Positions 6,157-8,930 of a stretch of DNA of 8,930 nucleotides are shown here, piece after piece. Source of the DNA: Defluviitaleaceae bacterium (GTDB taxonomy: Bacteria > Bacillota > Clostridia > Lachnospirales > WQUN01); contig WQRQ01000105.1 in the NCBI GenBank assembly GCA_009786685.1, forward strand, positions 1 to 8,930. Direction: 5' to 3'. Below the pieces are notes generated by a model. That model saw nothing but the letters and a program-made list of their open reading frames with translations, had not been told where the DNA came from and searched no databases. How positions within the stretch are numbered: the stretch's first letter is position 1; each line of letters opens with the position of its first letter. The position numbers and the translations under genes were made by a program.

Positions 6157-6914
6157 AATCTAAACAACTCCTTGGCATTCTCGTTAGTTTGGGCGTATAC
6201 GGCTTCGGTTGTTACGCCCTTTATTTTTGCAATTTTTTCGGCTACATATGTTAGATAGGCGGATTCGTTGCGCTTGCCTCGGTGGGGTTCCGGGGACAGG
6301 TAGGGACAGTCGGTTTCGAGGAGGATTTTTTCCAGCGGAGTTACGGCAACTGCTTCTTGCAACGCGTCTGTTTTTTTGAATGTAACCACACCGCCGATTC
6401 CTATATGAAAGCCCATGTCTACGTAAGCCTTGGCGAGCGGTGCGTCGCCAGAAAACGCGTGAATTACGCCGCTACGCACAGGCGAGGATTTTATCATTTT
6501 AAAGACCTCGTCGTTTGCGTCGCGAGAATGGATGACAGCAGGCAACTTTAGGTCGGCAACAAGCCACAGCAGCCGCTTAAACCAGTATTTCTGGGTATCC
6601 TGCGGCGAATGGTTATGAAAGAAATCCAGACCAATCTCGCCAAAACCTACAACTTTTTTGCTCTTAGCAAGCTTTGTCATGGCTGCAAGAGTATCCTCCG
6701 TCATTTCCTTTACATAATGCGGGTGCGAACCCACCGTGGCATAAACATGCGAATAAGCCTCCGCAAGCTTTACAGAAGCCTTTGACGTCTTCATATCGCA
6801 GCCAATATTTATTACCAACTCAACGCCGTTTTTGGGTAAGGCGGTAATAATTTCATGGCGGTCATCGTCGTACCTATCGTTATCATAGTGGGCATGAGTG
6901 TCAATTATCCTCAA
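6153..6914 (-). CDS. tatD: TatD family metal-dependent hydrolase/DNase (YabD-like)
   Basis: This is a 253-aa ORF. The N-terminal IDTHAH motif and later GEIGLD, HSRDA, IHAFSG and LLETDCPYL motifs are typical of TatD. The start codon is TTG at 6914, with GAAGGTGA 6 nt upstream. A tatD position directly downstream of metG matches the metS-yabD synteny known in Bacillus. Confidence 0.9.
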   Translation of the reverse strand: MRIIDTHAHYDNDRYDDDRHEIITALPKNGVELVINIGCDMKTSKASVKLAEAYSHVYATVGSHPHYVKEMTEDTLAAMTKLAKSKKVVGFGEIGLDFFHNHSPQDTQKYWFKRLLWLVADLKLPAVIHSRDANDEVFKMIKSSPVRSGVIHAFSGDAPLAKAYVDMGFHIGIGGVVTFKKTDALQEAVAVTPLEKILLETDCPYLSPEPHRGKRNESAYLTYVAEKIAKIKGVTTEAVYAQTNENAKELFRL

Positions 6915-6942
6915 TTCATGTCACCTTCCAAATGATGGGGTC

Positions 6943-6984
6943 AAGGGGACGCGTCCCCTTGTGGGGTTTGGGGCGAAGCCCCAA
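6943..6984. repeat. Two adjacent GC-rich palindromes filling the metG-tatD spacer (REP-like), copy B
   Basis: AAGGGGACG/CGTCCCCTT is a perfect 18-bp palindrome (6943-6960). After gtgggg comes TTGGGGC-gaa-GCCCCAA (6968-6984). Confidence 0.7.
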
Positions 6985-6988
6985 GATT

Positions 6989-8533
6989 TTATTCATTCTT
7001 CTTTTCTATACGCGGAAATGCAGGTGCGCCTTTCTTAACGGTTACTTCGCGTGGGAGAAGGTTGAATTTTTTCGCGCTTTCCCATTCGGAGAGGGTTGTG
7101 TCGGTGATGTTTAGTTGTTCGCGGATGATGGAGGGCGTGTTTGGCATTACGGGGTAGATGGCGATGGAGACTATGCGTAGGGTTTCGGCCAGGTTGTAGA
7201 GGACTGTGGCAAGCTCGGATTTTTTTGTTTCGTCTTTGGCGAGAATCCACGGCGCGGTTTCGTCGATGTATTTGTTTGCACGGCGTACTACATTCCAGAT
7301 TTCGTTTAGGGCATCGGAGAAGGCGAGTTTGTCCATGCGGTTTTCTACTTTTTCGAGCATGGTGGTGGCTAGTTCTATAAGGTCGGCGTCGTGGGGGGTT
7401 GGTGTGGGGTCGGCTTTTGGTAGTGTGCCGCCGAAGTATTTTTCTACCATGCCAACGGTGCGGGACAGAAGGTTGCCGAGGTCGTTTGCGAGGTCGGCGT
7501 TGTAGCGGTTAATTAGGGCGACTTGGGTGAAGTTGCCGTCCGGCCCAAAGGTAAACTCGCGTAGTAGAAAATAGCGGATTGCGTCTACGCCGTATTCTGC
7601 TACAAGGGCTTTTGGGCAGATTGCGTTGCCGAGGGATTTGCCCATTTTTTGGCCTTCGTATTGCAGCCAGCCATGTCCAAAAACTTGCTTTGGAAGCGGC
7701 TCGCCAAGCGCAAGCAAAATGCACGGCCATATGATTGAGTGAAAGCGCACGATTTCTTTTGACATCAAATGCAAATCCGCAGGCCAGTATTTTTTGTAGT
7801 TGCTGTCGTCATCGGAGTACATACCGAGTGCGGTGGCATAGTTTGGCAACGCGTCAATCCAAACGTAGATTACATGCTCGGGGTCAAAGTCCACGGGGAT
7901 TCCCCATTTAAACGAAGTGCGCGACACGCACAGGTCGTCCAGTCCCGGTTTTATGAAGTTGTTCATCATCTCGTTTTTGCGGGAAAGCGGCAGCAAAAAT
8001 TCGGGGTTTTCGTCAAAGTGCTTTACGAGGGCGTCCTGATATTTTCCCATGCGGAAAAAATAACACTCCTCGCTGATTGTTTCTACCTTGCGGTTGCAGT
8101 CGGGACAGTTGCCGTCTTTTAGGTCGCGGGAGCTGAAAAATGTTTCGCAGGGCGTACAGTATAGGCCTTCGTAGCTGCCTTTGTAGATGTCGCCCTTGTC
8201 GTATAATTTTTTGAAAATTCGTTTTACCGATTCGCAGTGGGCGGGGTTTGTTGTGCGCTGGTAGAAATCATATTCGCAGTTCATAAGCTCCCATATACCT
8301 TTGAATATCTCGGCTAGGTTGTCCACAAACTCCTGAGGAGAAACGCCTGCCTTTTCTGCGGCTTGCTCTACCTTTAGACCATGCTCGTCACAGCCCGTGA
8401 GAAATTTTACGTCATAACCGCGCTTTTTTTTGTAACGCGCCATAGCATCAGCGGCTACCGTGGTATACGTATGGCCTATGTGCGGGTCGCCGCTTAGATA
8501 GTAAATTGGGGTGGTGATGTAGTAGGTTTTCAT
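6989..8533 (-). CDS. metG: Methionine--tRNA ligase, short form without the C-terminal tRNA-binding appendix
   Basis: This is a 514-aa product from ATG 8533, with AGGAGG 7 nt upstream. The track's 14 extra residues (MGQRPKVLKTGGLS) translate a GC hairpin. It has HIGH (PHIGHTY), KMSKS (KMGKS) and a Zn knuckle (CTPCETFF...CPDCNRKV). Confidence 0.95.
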   Translation of the reverse strand: MKTYYITTPIYYLSGDPHIGHTYTTVAADAMARYKKKRGYDVKFLTGCDEHGLKVEQAAEKAGVSPQEFVDNLAEIFKGIWELMNCEYDFYQRTTNPAHCESVKRIFKKLYDKGDIYKGSYEGLYCTPCETFFSSRDLKDGNCPDCNRKVETISEECYFFRMGKYQDALVKHFDENPEFLLPLSRKNEMMNNFIKPGLDDLCVSRTSFKWGIPVDFDPEHVIYVWIDALPNYATALGMYSDDDSNYKKYWPADLHLMSKEIVRFHSIIWPCILLALGEPLPKQVFGHGWLQYEGQKMGKSLGNAICPKALVAEYGVDAIRYFLLREFTFGPDGNFTQVALINRYNADLANDLGNLLSRTVGMVEKYFGGTLPKADPTPTPHDADLIELATTMLEKVENRMDKLAFSDALNEIWNVVRRANKYIDETAPWILAKDETKKSELATVLYNLAETLRIVSIAIYPVMPNTPSIIREQLNITDTTLSEWESAKKFNLLPREVTVKKGAPAFPRIEKKNE

Positions 8534-8558
8534 ACTTAGTCCTCCTGTTTTTAAGACC

Positions 8559-8575
8559 TTGGGACGCTGTCCCAA
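8559..8575 (-). repeat. GC-rich hairpin, copy C, 12 nt upstream of the metG SD
   Basis: TTGGGAC-gct-GTCCCAA. In the minus sense the context cagGGTTTGGGACagcGTCCCAAGgtctta parallels the copy B plus-strand context gtgGGGTTTGGGGCgaaGCCCCAAGatttta. Confidence 0.65.
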
Positions 8576-8598
8576 ACCCTGTAAACTTTTGAAAAAGT

Positions 8599-8930
8599 TT
8601 AATCAAAACTTTGTAATTTTTCTATTATTTTTTTTGCGTTGGGGGGGCAACCCGCGATATGTCGGGGAAAGTTTTTTGTGCAGTTGCCTATGCCTATTTT
8701 ATTTTGAAATTCAACCGACGATAAATTATCGTCGGTTGAATTTTGTCCGATGATAAATTTTTGGTTTGAGCCACCCATTCTGTGGAGTGCGTGGATGAGT
8801 GCGGCGTAGCAGGCGGAACACGCGCCGTTTTCGGTGATGTTTTTTTCGTAGCGTGTGGCGACACGTGCGGCTTTTTTTGTATTGGAAGGCTTTTTGTCCG
8901 CGAAAAGTTCCTTCACGGGAGTGTCGGGGG
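8599..8930 (-). CDS. C-terminal part of a Cys-rich hypothetical protein. The ORF continues beyond the right edge and its 3' boundary is uncertain.
   Basis: The frame is open from the window edge (PDTPVKELFADKKPSNTKKAARVATRYEKNITENGACSACYAALIHALHRMGGSNQKFIIGQ...) and shows the same A/C-ending codon style as neighbouring genes. The frame then runs through the 8707-8743 palindrome and a tail containing C7 and A8 runs before the TAA at 8599-8601. That tail may not be genuinely coding. I did not recognise a family. Confidence 0.45.
   Translation of the reverse strand, partial: PDTPVKELFADKKPSNTKKAARVATRYEKNITENGACSACYAALIHALHRMGGSNQKFIIGQNSTDDNLSSVEFQNKIGIGNCTKNFPRHIAGCPPNAKKIIEKLQSFD
8707..8743. 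repeat. 37-nt perfect palindrome, copy 2 of the element that forms the spo0A terminator
   Basis: AAATTCAACCGACGATAA-A-TTATCGTCGGTTGAATTT. The core at 8712-8738 matches 3009-3035 at 24 of 27 positions in the same orientation. Confidence 0.8.

Noticed and set aside
6932-7114. 60-aa plus-strand ORF (MMGSRGRVPLWGLGRSPK...), and the N-terminal extensions of metG and the HAAS gene in the ORF track
   Set aside because: All three are translations of the GC-rich hairpin repeats. Better starts with proper SD spacing exist downstream at 8533 and 3541.
3437-8580. The GC-rich hairpin copies as a CRISPR array
   Set aside because: There are only three dispersed, non-identical copies, kilobases apart and in mixed orientation. 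There is no regular repeat-spacer periodicity.
8534-8930. Possible methionine T-box leader upstream of metG (GGGTGG at about 8770, followed by the 8707-8743 hairpin as terminator)
   Set aside because: Only the GGGTGG core matches the T-box; the rest of the conserved box (..TACCGCG) is absent. I saw no Stem I, specifier or AGAGA elements. The hairpin lacks a proper U-tract on the sense strand and lies 174 nt from the start codon. The region also has an open, codon-biased reading frame.

Overview
This is a chromosomal segment from an endospore-forming Firmicute, probably Clostridia-like, inferred from an unmistakable spo0A. The genes run left to right as follows. (1) The 5' part of a small serine recombinase on the minus strand; it runs off the left edge, is missing from the ORF track and has no canonical start codon. 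About 400 bp of non-coding DNA carrying TGTGACAA(C) repeats lies upstream of it. (2) A membrane-anchored S41 C-terminal processing protease on the minus strand. (3) Divergent from it, spo0A, with an extended -10 sigma-A-type promoter and a bidirectional hairpin terminator. (4) A tightly coupled four-gene plus-strand operon: PadR regulator, DUF1700/HAAS membrane protein, DUF4097 beta-repeat protein and DUF2807/GIN-domain lipoprotein. (5) Convergent to that operon on the minus strand, the conserved metG-tatD(yabD) pair followed by a low-GC, toxin-first RelE/ParE toxin-antitoxin cassette. (6) The 3' part of a Cys-rich ORF at the right edge. I saw no rRNA, tRNA, CRISPR array or transposase. Four signals are not explained by gene content. 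First, a family of GC-rich hairpins (7-bp stem, 3-nt loop; GGG-TTTGGGRC-NNN-GYCCCAA) occurs at three intergenic positions, and one copy is fused to the 3' end of the padR ORF. Second, an AT-rich palindromic element occurs in two copies with compensatory stem changes; one copy is the spo0A terminator and the other lies in-frame inside an ORF between CAAAAT direct repeats. Third, the 9-mer TGTGACAAC occurs twice upstream of the recombinase and once exactly at the tatD/toxin junction. Fourth, synonymous sites switch between A/C-rich and G/T-rich patches inside single genes. All family assignments come from reading motifs by eye, with no searches run.
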